The notes below the pieces were generated by a model. That model saw nothing but the letters and a program-made list of their open reading frames with translations, searched no databases and was not told where the DNA came from. Shown in pieces: positions 12,606-26,988 of a stretch of 64,000 bases of DNA (position 1 is its first letter; the number at the start of each line of letters is the position of its first letter). The stretch comes from Macrostomum lignano. Taxonomy: Eukaryota. The DNA is taken from positions 248,001-312,000 of the forward strand of contig NIVC01000118.1 of assembly GCA_002269645.1 (NCBI GenBank), read 5' to 3'. Made by a program: the position numbers and the translations under genes.

Positions 12606-12917
12606 CGTACAGTATTAGAATTTGTAGTAAATTTGCACTTTTTTCTACTCAGTGGCGATAACTGCATGTTTTATACGAGTTAGTAGTATGGGTTTTAGCA
12701 TAGTGCACTAGCTCTACAGACAGGCTTTGATGTAATAAAAATAATCTTACCACTAAAATGCACACGTCATGCTCCTATCATCTACTTCAAGTAGAAATAA
12801 ACATTTTTCATTCCATAGTGCACTATGCTAAAACCCGTACTAACTCGTATAAAACATGCAGTTATCGCCACTGAGTAGAAAAAAGTGCAAATTTACTACA
12901 AATTCTAATACTGTACG
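12606..12917. repeat. Foldback: ~103-bp near-perfect inverted arms enclosing a copy of the Y copy-7 upstream region
   Basis: 12606-12710 versus 12816-12917; spacer 12711-12815 matches 13123-13228. Confidence 0.85.
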
Positions 12918-12978
12918 CACATCTACATGTACGTAGAAGACAGTGACCAGGATTTAAAATTAATGAAGATTCTGCATT

Positions 12979-13088
12979 AAAAATTTGGCAGTCAAGTTAG
13001 TGCCGATGGCCGTATTTCATGCCTATCTAATATCTATCTATCTATCTATCATGAGTAAGTTTTGTTAAGCCATCGACTCCGGACCGCC
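12979..13088 (-). ncRNA. Y RNA / sbRNA-like gene, copy 7 (loop expanded by a GATA microsatellite)
   Basis: GGCGGTCCGGAGTCGATGGCTTAAC..(GATA)n..GGCCATCGGCACTAACTTGACTGCCAAA-T5; compensatory C-G at the top of the upper stem; TATA at 13115-13122. Confidence 0.78.
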
Positions 13089-13312
13089 TTGCTTGAGCTT
13101 TGGCGTCTGAACTGCTATTTAAGCTCTACAGACAGGCTTTGATGCAATGAAAAGAATCTTACCACTAAAATGCACACATCATGCTCCTATCATCTACTTC
13201 AAGTAGAAATACACATTTTTCATTCCAGATTTCGCAGAAAAACTACATTTAGAAACTATACTTGGCGTCTGAATAATTCTGATCAGATGCAATCTGAAAT
13301 TTATAAAAGTGA

Positions 13313-15629
<2,317 letters not shown>

Positions 15630-15843
15630 TCAAAAGGCCAACATCATATTTTATTTCTCATAAACTGCTTCATAATTATTACAGTAAATAATTCTACTGT
15701 AACAATTCCACTATAAAGCATAAACTAATTTTACTTTCACTAAAATGAAACAATGCAAATTTAAGTTACTAAAAATCTTTATTAATGTTAGACAAATTAT
15801 GTAAACAGTGATAGCAATTTTAAACTTAATGAAAATTCTGAAT

Positions 15844-15934
15844 AAAAATTTCGGCTGTCAATTTCAAGTGTCGATGGGATGGAATTCATGGCTGTGTAAG
15901 CTCGTTATAGTTTACCCTTCGTCTCCGGACCGCC
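15844..15934 (-). pseudogene. Y RNA / sbRNA-like gene, copy 8 (a-type, probably decayed)
   Basis: GGCGGTCCGGAGACGAAGGGTAAAC..CCCATCGACACTTGAAATTGACAGCCGAAA-T5: two mismatches in the upper stem, an insertion in the CUUGAC strand, TATA mutated (plus strand CTGTTTAA). Confidence 0.6.
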
Positions 15935-16263
15935 TGGTTGAAATGGCAACTGCAACTGCTGTTTAAACTCCTCAATGCGCAGCTCATGCAATCCGGCCAA
16001 TTTCTCCAATAAATAATTCTACACATACGCTATTAATTTACTTACAGTAGAAAATGGCAAACTATGCGTAGAACATTTTGAAAGAATGTAACATTGAAAA
16101 AATTAACTAAAAATTGTTTGAAAATCTGCTGGTCAGTGTTGGACTTTTGATCTTGTCAAGGATCAAGTAGTCCTTGTCATTCACCTATTCATGTACATTT
16201 ACATGTTGAATTCTCGTTTCCTAAAGCCCAGAAATATTTGAAAACTTTTGGATTAAAGCCAGC

Positions 16264-16338
16264 AAAAAAGCTGGTCAAGTGAGTGCCAATGGGGTATTTT
16301 GAGAGCAATTCAGTTAACCCATCGACTCCGGACCAGCC
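16264..16338 (-). ncRNA. Y RNA / sbRNA-like gene, copy 9 (b-type)
   Basis: One loop substitution relative to copy 4; T6 terminator; TATA at 16362-16369; distal element at 16478. Confidence 0.85.
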
Positions 16339-16589
16339 CGGCAGTTGGGGTGTCCGACTGCCTATTTAAGCCTGAACAATGCTGCAAGCTAAGCCTAGCT
16401 AATTCGCTGCGCTGTACGCTTTTGTGGCGAAATTCATCGTGCGGATTCTATATAAAATTGGAGTAGCGCACATTTCGTCTACTTTAAGTAGGAAAATAGA
16501 AATGTCGATTGGATTTTTTTCGTTTGTGCAATAAAATTGAGAAGTCACAGCTTACGGGGGGCATTTCGACTGCACTTTAACTCTCTGGA

Positions 16590-17011
16590 TAGCGAAAAAG
16601 CCTTGAGGCTTGCAGCCCTATAGGAGGCCTAGCCAGTTCCACTCCTGATAGGAGACTCGACCTTGGTAAATTAAGCTGCCCAGACTCGCTCCAATCTAAA
16701 GCATTCTTTTCGTAGACTTCAGGTTTTCCCGCTCTCGGACCGCTTTCCACTCGGAATTTTTGGCGCACACTCGGGACTTTGTCGCTGGTGGGTGGCTTGG
16801 GTGGACTCGGTCCTAGCACCGTCCCTGATTCCAACTATGGGTTGGCGATGTCTTACTCCATAGGCTTGGGTTAGTAGCATCCAATAAGGCACTCTCTCCA
16901 GGCCTTGAGTCCTGGACCCAATCTGGGCTGCTCGGGCTAAATGCCCCTGGTAGATAGGCCCTGTAAGCTAGCGGTAGAGCACTTCTCTGGGCTCATTGTT
17001 TAACAACAACA
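16590..17011. mobile_element. Second, diverged copy of the (AAC)n-ended repeat
   Basis: Shares blocks such as CCTGATAGGAGACTCG, CCCGCTCTCGGACCGCTT, GGGTGGACTCGGTCC and GGCTTGGGTTAGTAGC with 10290-10750. Confidence 0.6.
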
Positions 17012-18250
17012 ATGCTCGATAGCTTGGCTATGCGACCGCAACGGGCGGACTCCAGAAGCGCTCAGCTCATAGCCTAGAAAGTTAACCTCATCCTTGCATG
17101 GTGCCAGGTGCACTTGACTGTGTTGATGGTCACGTTGTGCGTCATCAAAACTTGTAGCACTTTGATCGGTGCTAATTGTCATGCTCTTCCCATGATGCCG
17201 CGTGCGCCAAAATGTTGCCAATAGCGTGCACTGCGCTCTTGATGCCATTGAGGATCCGAGGCCGAAGCACATCCTTCGATATCGAGATATGGCCTCGCTC
17301 TGTCACTATACAAAGCTGTCAGATTTCTGCAGTTCTCGGTCAGCTCCAGCTGCATGACAAATTCAGGTTCTAACTTGACCTTTTCTGTATGATGCTCTTG
17401 TTTGAGACTCTCAGATCATTGCAGATCCGTATCGAGTCATTTGCCTTTTTGGCACCACGACTAGCTAGGTTTGACACCCAGTTTGAGGCGTCGGTCTCCT
17501 GGATGATGCCTTGCTGCAGCAGATGTTGATCCTCTTTTTGAACCGAATCTCTTAGGCTGGGCGGCACTGTGCGCAACGGTTGAGCTGTCGGTTGCACCGC
17601 GGGGTTGACTTGCGGCCTGTGCTGAAATCCTGTGATGTGTCCGAGTTCCTGGGTAAACTGGTCAAACCGGCTTGGGAGCCAGTCAGTCAGGACTCTCGTG
17701 CCGACTGTCTGCACTCGCTCACCGTCAGCGACGATCCGCAGTCTCAGCTGATCCATGAGGTCGCACCCCAGTATGTCGGATCCTGTCGTGACCACGCTTA
17801 TGTTGACGCAAGGCAACCGGCCCCTTGTCCTTGAGCTGCACCGAGGTCAGGATTCACGAAGCATGCAGATTTTGCTGCCGTTGAAAGCGACCAGCTTCCA
17901 TAGATGTCTACAGGGACACGTTGGTCAGAATTCTGTTATATCTTGGTGATGATAGAGACTCGCGAACCGGAGTCAAAGAGCAGCTTGACAGGTTGGTCCG
18001 CCACAATGCACCTGCACCACTGATCGAGCCGCAGTTGTCGCAGCTCCGGCCGTCAGTTTCCCCCGCTCCGCTGTTCTTGGCCTTGCTGAACTGCTGGACT
18101 CCAAATGAGCTGCTTGGGTCTGCGTGGCTACCTCCTTCGATGGCTTGGGCCTGAGGTAGTCCAGTGTCCAGTCGCTCGCTCCACAGTCAGCTCAAGGACC
18201 ACTAGGAACACTCGGGTCTAATTATAGTCCTTGGGTCAGCTCCGACCCCA
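17012..18250 (-). mobile_element. Degenerate Ty3/Gypsy LTR-retrotransposon fragment (gag end, protease, RT)
   Basis: Protease CIVADQPVKLLFDSGSRVSI (~17945-18010); RT N-terminus AQPLRTVPPSLRDSV..LLQQGII..SNWVSNL..KKANDSIRIC.DLR; MCFGL and VNFLGYELSASGVRP motifs; frameshifted. Confidence 0.88.
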
Positions 18251-19466
18251 TTAGGTGTTGTTTGAGAAGGGTACGCAATAAAAATCTATCACACAGAACT
18301 TCATCATGTACGGCCTCCAAAATGCCGCTTGTTTTAACTTAAACATTAAAATTGCCATAGTGAATATTCATGTACACCCCTGGCCAGCATGAGCCACCAT
18401 GAGCGAGTGCAGGTTGTATTTAAGCTTGACAATGTCATCCTAACATGTACATGTACATAGCAAGAACATCTTGGTATATAGCAAGAAGTCTGGTATATAG
18501 CCGTCTCTGATTAGATGTGTAGTTAAAATGTACAGGTTGCGACCAAATAGTGTAGTAGTCGACGCGAGGCCAGTAGAATTTAAGACGCGAGGCCAGTACA
18601 TGTAACCTAGCTGCTAAAAGCTGTGCGCAGACCTCGAATACCGGTACACGCACTACACTACTGCACCCCGGAGGGTCAAACGCATTTTTTCTATTGTGTT
18701 TAATAATGATACGCTCGTAATTACCAGCTGTGACTTCAAGCCCCATCCGAGGTCATTCATGTGAGGCTGTACTGTAGTTTTGGAATTTGTTGGCATTATA
18801 TTGGTGCATTGCCGTTCAAAAAGCGACAGGGGCTCTTCATGGGATACATGCATGTAGTCCACTCATAATTTCTGTGTACAGCGTGTACGTACATGCGTGG
18901 ATGCATTATATAACATGTACCCTTTTTTTAGCTTGAAGGCGATCTGCTGTTTCAGCAGTTGTCAAATTTGGGGCCACAGAGCTTTCGACCAATTTTCATC
19001 TTCCTGCAGTGGCTCCAGACCCCAACGAAATTTTTTTAAACAGTTCTAAAGCGGTTAGTTATCAAAGTTGAAGTACTGCTGCTGTGTAAGGCTTTTCAAA
19101 GTCCTTCCGGCGGATTCTGCGAATACATTAGACCATATTACAGACGTAGAAAACCATCGCATTACATTGGGTGCAGTGATGAGATGAATACTGGAGACCT
19201 GTGTTATATGTACATGAAGGCTCTGCGCAGGCATGTAGCTAAAAAGCAAAATGTCGAGGCAGGTTAATTGCGAAGCATGCAGCCATAATAATTTATTCAG
19301 TGTTTAAGATAATAAATACATTTATATCTTTACATAAGTTTATATCTTGTGCAATCAGAAAGGCACGATTTTATTCATGAGCTTTTGATTTTGATTTTGA
19401 CGCGCTCAATGTCCCTCGTTTCTAATCATTTTAAAATATCTTCTTTTATATTTTCGCGCAGAACTT

Positions 19467-19726
19467 GGGCCTTTTCATATTGCTTGCTCTGGTTCCAGAA
19501 CCAGAACCAATTTGTGATGTATAACTTATTGTCTCCATAACTAGAGGGAGATACGTGCTATAAAGTTTTTATTATTGAATGACAATCGCCAAGAAGAAAG
19601 TGAAAAATTGTGCTAAGTTAGGTTGTTAAGGCAGTCAACTATTAACAGAGTTTAATAGTTATACTGCTGTTTTTCTTGGAATTCCGAACCGATTCTGGTT
19701 CTGGAATTGGTAATATGAAAAGGCCC
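19467..19726. mobile_element. PIF/Harbinger-type MITE
   Basis: TIR GGGCCTTTTCATATT at both ends plus an inner CCAGAACCAGAA match; 3-bp TSD CTT on both sides. Confidence 0.7.
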
Positions 19727-20119
19727 CTTATGGGGGCTATATTTGTAGTTTTAACTTCTGAACTATTTGCATGCAGGAGGCCTATGCAGATGCATAAGAA
19801 TTTACGCCTAGATATTAGTTTGTGAAAATTGCGACAAGAGGGGTATTAAAACTTAAAATATTATTTTAATTTTTAAGCCAGTTCAAGGCACTAATTCAAA
19901 AAGGTAAAACTTGCTAGAGATCGAGCTAGAGATCGAAACTAAAATTTACTTGTTTCTGACAGATTTTATAGTCATTGCTTTAATGTTATCTGCATTATAT
20001 ATAAAAAATAAGAAATAAATAGCGCCTGAATCTATCCTACTTCGTTTTTGCTAAGAGCTATTTGAATCATTTGACTAAAACCGCGCGTCAAAGTATTCTA
20101 CGTTTGATCTAAAACGCAA

Positions 20120-23100
20120 ATGGGAAGAAGCTACAGAGTAAGTAAAAAAAGATTAAACACATGCTACTTACGCAAAAACTATGTTTGCTTATCGTTTTTT
20201 AATTTTAATCTGTAAACTTTCCATCTTTGTAAACCAATATTTATGCAGAGTTTAGACTAGCTAGAGGGATTATTTATTTAGAAGACATAAGGCTAAGAGC
20301 CTAAGGCTGGGTAGGCTTAGCTCCTAGAGCTTGAACTTAAATCTCTCTATCTTAGATTTGTATTTGTAGTAGGAAGTTCTAAACTTTGAATTATTTAAAT
20401 CATTTTTCCTACAAGTGCTAATTTGGCCATTCAATATGTTTAACTCAGCTATGTTGAGCTATTATTGATTTAGATTAAATAACTTTCTCTTTGCTTTCGC
20501 CTTACTATAGGATAGGCCCTAATTAGTATTACTTAGCATGCATATGAAATCAGCCTATGTTTTAATTTATTTTAGATAATATTTAGTTGCTTTTTTAAAT
20601 GAAAAAATGTCATCATATCTAACTTATTTTCACATTCTCAAATCTGTTAGGCTTATATGGTACTGTACCTAGGAAACAGACAGACTATACATAGGAAAAA
20701 GTGACCCCTTCATTATATTTTCAAGTTTATGCAAGCAAAACATATTTACTCATTATTTATATGCCAGACATTATTGGAAGAGGTTGCAACAATAAAAGAC
20801 CTTTTTTGCATTGCAACACAAGGAACCTTTCTTGCATTAGGCCCTATAGACATGCCCAATCTCAAAATTTCACCTATCTATTGCAACTTAGTTTTGTCCA
20901 GATTTGTGACTTAGTTCCCCCAATTGCAACTGAATTTTCACTTTATATGACTTTTCTTGCCTTTTTCTCTTTTTTCTCTTTCTCTTTTTCTCCTCTTTCC
21001 CCTCTCTCTTTTTTCTCTCCTTTCTTTTCCTTTTCTCTTCCTCTCCTCTCTTTCCTCCCCAAATTTTTTGTTTTTTACATTTTCAATTTTGTGACCTTAC
21101 CTTGGCCGGTGGCTATTTCACCCATCCAGTTTGGATGGGTTGGACAGGTGTTGGACATGTATGTTGCATTATAACATTTTGGTCTTTTGTATGCTAACAA
21201 CTATACCATATACTAGCTCTATGGTGCAATTTTCTGGTGGATTGTTCTGTATACTGGATATTTTATTTTATGCCAACCCCTTTTTCATGTCTATTGTATA
21301 CTAGAATTTTCTAGTATAGACCTATATGTAAGATTCAAGAGTAGGGCTTTATTTTTAATTAATTTTAAATTTTAAATTTAATTTTAATGGTATTTAAAAG
21401 CTTATGAAAGCTACTAAAGAAGTAGCATATGTATGTTGCTTTTTAACAATTATTTCTAGAGGTCTAAGAATAATAAAAAGGGGTAGGTGAGGGTATATTT
21501 TTTTATCTTAAGATAAAAAAGGCATTGTTTGCCTTTTAGCTTTAAATAAATAGTGCTTAATAACTAGTCTAAAATTTTAAGTATAATGTTAGAAGATTTT
21601 TTAAAGTAGTCAGTACTTTGTCTTAGATATTCAATAAAAAGATTTTTTTAAAATCCCTATTATATAGCCAAAGGTTTTAATGCAGATAGTTATTTACACC
21701 TATAAGAATCAAAACTATACTTTAAATTAATATATAAATTAATAAATAATAGTGTACCAAAGCTTAGTTAATGTTTATAAGAAAGAAAGAAAACAGGCTT
21801 TAAAATACTTCTTTGTATTTTATATGTATATAATAAAAATATTTTAAGAATTATTTAGTATCATTTTCAATTTTGACCACAATTTGCTAAGCCTAAGAAA
21901 GAAAAAAATGTTTTTTTGTTTAGAAATATATTGATATCTTGCTTATACCAATATATTGGCACTCATATCTTGGCAGTTTATAACTATAATAAATTTATTA
22001 TCTTACTTAAATTTTTTTTATATTCCTAAGTTTTTTACTATTTGTTCTTATTGTATCAGTAGAAGTATATAGAAGAAATATAAGGACAACTGAATTCAAC
22101 TTTTTACCTGTATTAGGAAAAGTAAAGATTAGAATTTCACCCAATTTTTCTTACACCTAATACAAAAGGCATAAAGATTGTGTACTATGCATTATATAAC
22201 ATTTATTTAAATGATTTTTTCGTTATATAGTTATTAGTTTATAGTTATAAGAAATTTTCTTAGCATGCATAAAAATTTCAAAATAAAGCCTATTATCAGT
22301 TTGTTCATTAAGGAAATCTCAAATTCTATCTATTATAACAGTGCTTAACACCTTGGTCTCATTTAGCCAAATTGTGACTTGTGCAACTTTGACTCACTCC
22401 ATTTGCACAGATCTCCAAGATAATTGACAAGCGCAAGAAGCAAGGCCGAGTTGAATACAGGATCCGCTGGACTGGTTTCAAATCCAGTCAGGACACCTGG
22501 GAGCCGGCCACAGAGATCATGCCTGTTGCTTACCGATTGGTCAGAGATTTTCATAACCGATCAAAGAATTCAAATAATTCGGCTTCGAATGCCAGTTCAC
22601 CGAGCTCTTCAAAGGAGCAGCAACCAATTGACCAGGGCTCTCCGAAAAAGCAGCAGACTCAGCCGAGGCTGCCGAAGCTCATGGCCCTGAAACAGCTGCA
22701 GCAGTCGCAGCCCGAACCGCCGCAGGCTCAGAAATTGCCGCAGAAGCAGCAGACAGCTGCTAAACTGATGCGAAAGAAAGGCGGCAAACAGCAACCGCAA
22801 CGGGCTCGCGTGCTGGCTTTGCCAAAGAGAAAAGCCAAGAAAAGGCTGCAGAAATTGCAGCCAAAGCAGCAGAAGCAGCAAGCCAAGAAAAATAACCAGC
22901 AAAAATCTGCAGATGACGCTTCAACAGTTTCTGCTTCTAATCCGTCTTCAGCCGCGTCTGCATCCTCTTCTTCGTCGTCTGCTTCGTCCGCCGCATCGTC
23001 CGCTGCTTCTTCAACCGTATCGCCTAATTCGCAGCCTTCGCAGCCGCCTCAGCCGTTGCCACCGTCGCATCAGTCGCAGTCGCCGCCGCTGCCAATTCCG

Positions 23101-24558
23101 TCTCAGATGCAGCAGCAGCAGTCAGAGCTAGCGGCTCTGCCATCAGCATCTATTGATTGGAATTTGAAATACGGATTAGAAGGCGGCAGCGCTCCGGTCA
23201 CGCCTCGACACTTGTCTCCTTCGTCTCCTTCGACAGCTCCTGTAGCTTTGATTGCATCCGCTGTCGATTCTCCTTCGGCTCTGCTAGCTCCGGCCTCGTC
23301 TCCGCCTCTGGCGCCTTCGCCGCGGCCTGAACAACAGCAGCAGCAGCAGCAACAGTCGCAGCCTTCGCTGCCGCAGACGCCGACATCGTCGTCTAGCGAT
23401 CTTCGCCGCTACCACGCCGGAGTTATCGACGCTATTGATAGCATCCGTCGGTTGAAGCGCAAGGTACTACTAGATCGAGTAGTGCAAGCAGTGTGCAAGA
23501 AGCTCCGAGTCGGTGCTGGACTAGCGGAAGCGGTCATCGAGGATATGGTTAGAATTGGCCGCTTAAAAAAGGTCCGCTGTTCAACTGACAACTCGCTGAC
23601 TCTGTACTTGCCTAATCAGAAGCCGCGCTCAGTTGCTGTGTCCACTGTGTCAGCCAAAGCTAAACCGAAGTCCCAGCAGCAGCAGCAGCTGCAAGCAAAG
23701 AAAACAACTCATATTCGCAACAATTATCATGAGTTATTTGTTAAACAGCCGGCCCACAGTCCGGGTGTGTTTGAAATCTGGCTAGTTGGGCCCAGCAATG
23801 GCACTGGACAGCCTGGCTGCTGCTTCACAGTCCGTCTGATGCAGGAGCTGTGCCGGGCGCTGCAGCAGGCGCTGGACAATCCAGCTTGCAGGCTGGTCCG
23901 TCTGGCTAACACAGATCCCCGCTGCTTTAGTAGGGGAGTCGATCTCAGCTCAATGCTAGCAGCCAAGCCCGGTCAGGAGGCTTCTCTAGCTGTCAATCAG
24001 CTCACTGACGAATTGCAACGCTTAGTGTCGGCTATGGTTGAATTTCCCAAGTTATTGGTTGCCACGGTTACAGGAGCTTGCGTAGGCTTAGGCGCGGCCC
24101 TGCTGCCGCTGTGCGATTTTGTCTACGCTAGCGATAGCGCCTATTTTTATTTGCCCTACGCCAAGCTCAAGCAGCCGTGCGAGGCTGGCGTGTCCTACAC
24201 TCTGCGACAGGCGTTGGGCAAGCCGACCGCCTCTGAGATGCTGCTTGCCGGACGGAAGCTCACAGCTAACGAGGCGTGCACTCGGGGCCTGGTGTCTAGC
24301 GTGATCTTTGCTGACACATTTCAACAGGAAGCCGCCGTCCGTTGCGCCAGCATCGGCGCCAGCGTCGGTGCCGAGAATGTGCGCCAGACTAAAGCGCTGA
24401 TGCATTCGACTAGCAGGTCGTCTGTTATCCAGGCCTGCCAGGCCGAGTGCCTGGCCTTGCGCTCCTATTGGCTGAGAGATGACGCCAGGCAGCTGATGCG
24501 CGAATTTCTTGGCGAAGATCGCGACTTGCTAGAGCGCGCGGAGGCGTCGGTCTTGTGA
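20120..24558 (+). CDS. CDYL: Chromodomain Y-like protein (chromodomain + winged helix + crotonase fold)
   Basis: Predicted exon 1 20120-20137 (MGRSYR|gtaagt) joins in phase 0 to exon 2 22411-24558 (ttgcacag|ISKIIDKRKKQGRVEYRIRWTGFKSSQDTWEP = chromodomain). C-terminal enoyl-CoA hydratase fold (FSRGVDL, EFPKLLVATVTGACVGLGAALLPLCDFVYASD, ASEMLLAGRKLTANEA..GLVS). Confidence 0.88.
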
Positions 24559-25464
24559 CACGACCGGCTTGACCAGCTGACCAGATTGGCTATGCATTTT
24601 TTGAAGAGCAGAATTACAACAGCAGGGCTGCCATCTTGCCTTTCATCGCCAATTCTAATCTGTCGGCAAACACTAGGGCCAGAAGAAAGAACTAGAGGAG
24701 AAGAGAGATGAGATAGCAAAAGGAGAGAGAAGAAGAGAAGAAGGTGGTTGACTCTGCAGAGACATAAAATTGGATTAACTTTCAAAATAGTGCAATTTTT
24801 TTTTCAAAAGAAAGCAATTTTTATTGGAAAATAAGGATTATTATTATGTAATGCCATCAATGCCTATCAATAGCAACTCAAGACAGCTAAAATTAGTAAT
24901 TTCAAATTTGTCTTTCCGTCTGTCTCCTTGCATGCGCTGGTATTGAAGTATTTAGTTTTTTGTGCTTGTACTTGTACTTGGTGAATATAGAGATTAATAT
25001 TGGCTACTGACTACTGACAGCATCAGTAGGCATGCTTTTCCAAGGGTTATATTCTTTTAATCTTAAATTTCTGAATCGTTTTGTTCAAATCGCATTCCAA
25101 TGCTTCCATTTGGGTAAAATTTCGATTACTAAATCGCGTAAAATCATATAACTGCCTGTAACTTTATGCGCTGGTTTCTTATCAGGGAATTATTATGTGC
25201 TTATCCGATTAATTTTGTCGTTTGTGTAATAATTGTGTTGCAAGGCACTGCTTTGCCGTCGTGTGCGTTAGGTTTTTATTTTTGTCTGTTTTGCTATTTT
25301 TTGTGTTTTTGTCCGCTGTGAGTGTTGCAAGTGTGCTGTTAACACGATTTGCTTAAAACTTCCCCTGATATGTTAGCTATGGGATGTCATGTATAAAGCG
25401 CTTTAATTGCCCCCTTTATCCGGTCTTTGTTTGTGTCAGAGTAAATTGACTCAGACTAAAATTT

Positions 25465-25960
25465 CCCTGAGAATCGCCCTACAATCTCCCTGAGAATTGC
25501 CCTACAATCTACCTGAGAATCGCCCTACAATCTACCTGAGAATCGCCCTACAATCTCCCTGAGAATCGCCCTACAATCTACCTAAGAATCGCCCTACAAT
25601 CTACCTGAGAATTGCCCTACAATCTCCCTGAGAATCGCCCTACAATCTCCCTGAGAATCGCCCTACAATCTCCCTGAGAATCGCCCTACAATCTACCTGA
25701 GAATCGCCCTACAATCTACCTGAGAATTGCCCTACAATCTCCCTGAGAATCGCCCTACAATCTCCCTGAGAATCGCCCTACAATCTACCTGAGAATCGCC
25801 CTACAATCTCCCTGAGAATTGCCCTACAATCTCCCTGAGAATCGCCCTACAATCTACCTGAGAATCGCCCTACAATCTCCCTGAGAATTGCCCTACAATC
25901 TCCATGAGAATCGCCCTACAATCTCCCTGAGAATCGCCCTACAATCTACCTGAGAATCGC
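25465..25960. repeat. 23-bp minisatellite (CCTGAGAATCGCCCTACAATCTM)n
   Basis: Direct reading. Confidence 0.95.
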
Positions 25961-26988
25961 TTTTCAGTCTCTGATAATCACTTTCATCACTTTCATAAGA
26001 CTTTTATTTATAAATGGCCACTATTTTATAAATTAATTTCAAACCCAGCAGCATATCTGTGTTATTAACACTTATCTACTTAGTAAGTAGTATTAGTTAT
26101 ATAATTGCGCCTCCCGTCAAACTTGCTATTTTTGTTGTAATTATTTATTAAATTTGTATTTCCTTATTAATTTTTTTGCTTACTATAATTAACAGAAGCT
26201 TTATTAAAGAATATTTTTGTTAGTTTGATTAATAAGATTTGAATATAATAAGGCAATAAAGTAGAGCTGATTTAATAATGTACTCTAAACAGACTTCAAT
26301 CACGTAACTTCTATCAAAATTGACAAACAAAACAGAACAAACACTTACAAATCAACATCTAATTTGTCCGCTCATTTATAATAGCCAAGGAAGAATAAAT
26401 GTTTATTAATAAGTAAACTCGGTCCCGTGAATTTTGTCTTTCTAAATCCTCTTAACTGCGCGATAACGGTCTCTTCTGTGCGTGCTTTGACAGCCGATCT
26501 GTCTCTCACTCTTTCTCTCAGTGTACTAATAACAGTAGTATAAATTAGCTACGTAAGTCTCCGGATTACTGTACACGTTTAAACTCAATTGCTATCTATA
26601 AATCATAGTCTTCATAAATAAATATTTTGTACAGCTTTGTGAAGTGACATTTTTTCTTGTCCCAATTCTGATTTTATCAGGCTTTAACCATTTTTTTAGT
26701 TCATTTTATTAACATTTCACTGCGTTTGCTTGTCGATATTTAATTACAAATTTAATTATGCCCCATAGTTATAGAAATATTATTTTAAGCTTGGCACGCA
26801 CTGCTCTGTTGTACATATAAGCCGTGTTAGCGCGTTTGAAAAATTTGCAAATAAATCAATTTCATCTATTTGTCGATCAGCGCGTGTAATAAATTTATTT
26901 TAGGCGGTACGGTTGAACGTTCAGGAACAGATTTAAAGTTTTAACGTTTTTGAGATTACATTTTTTCGAGGCTTGATGTACGCACTGA

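Noticed and set aside
20701-21174. 157-aa ORF with a hydrophobic F/S-rich segment.
   Set aside because: Lies in the CDYL first intron and the hydrophobic part is a CT-rich low-complexity tract.
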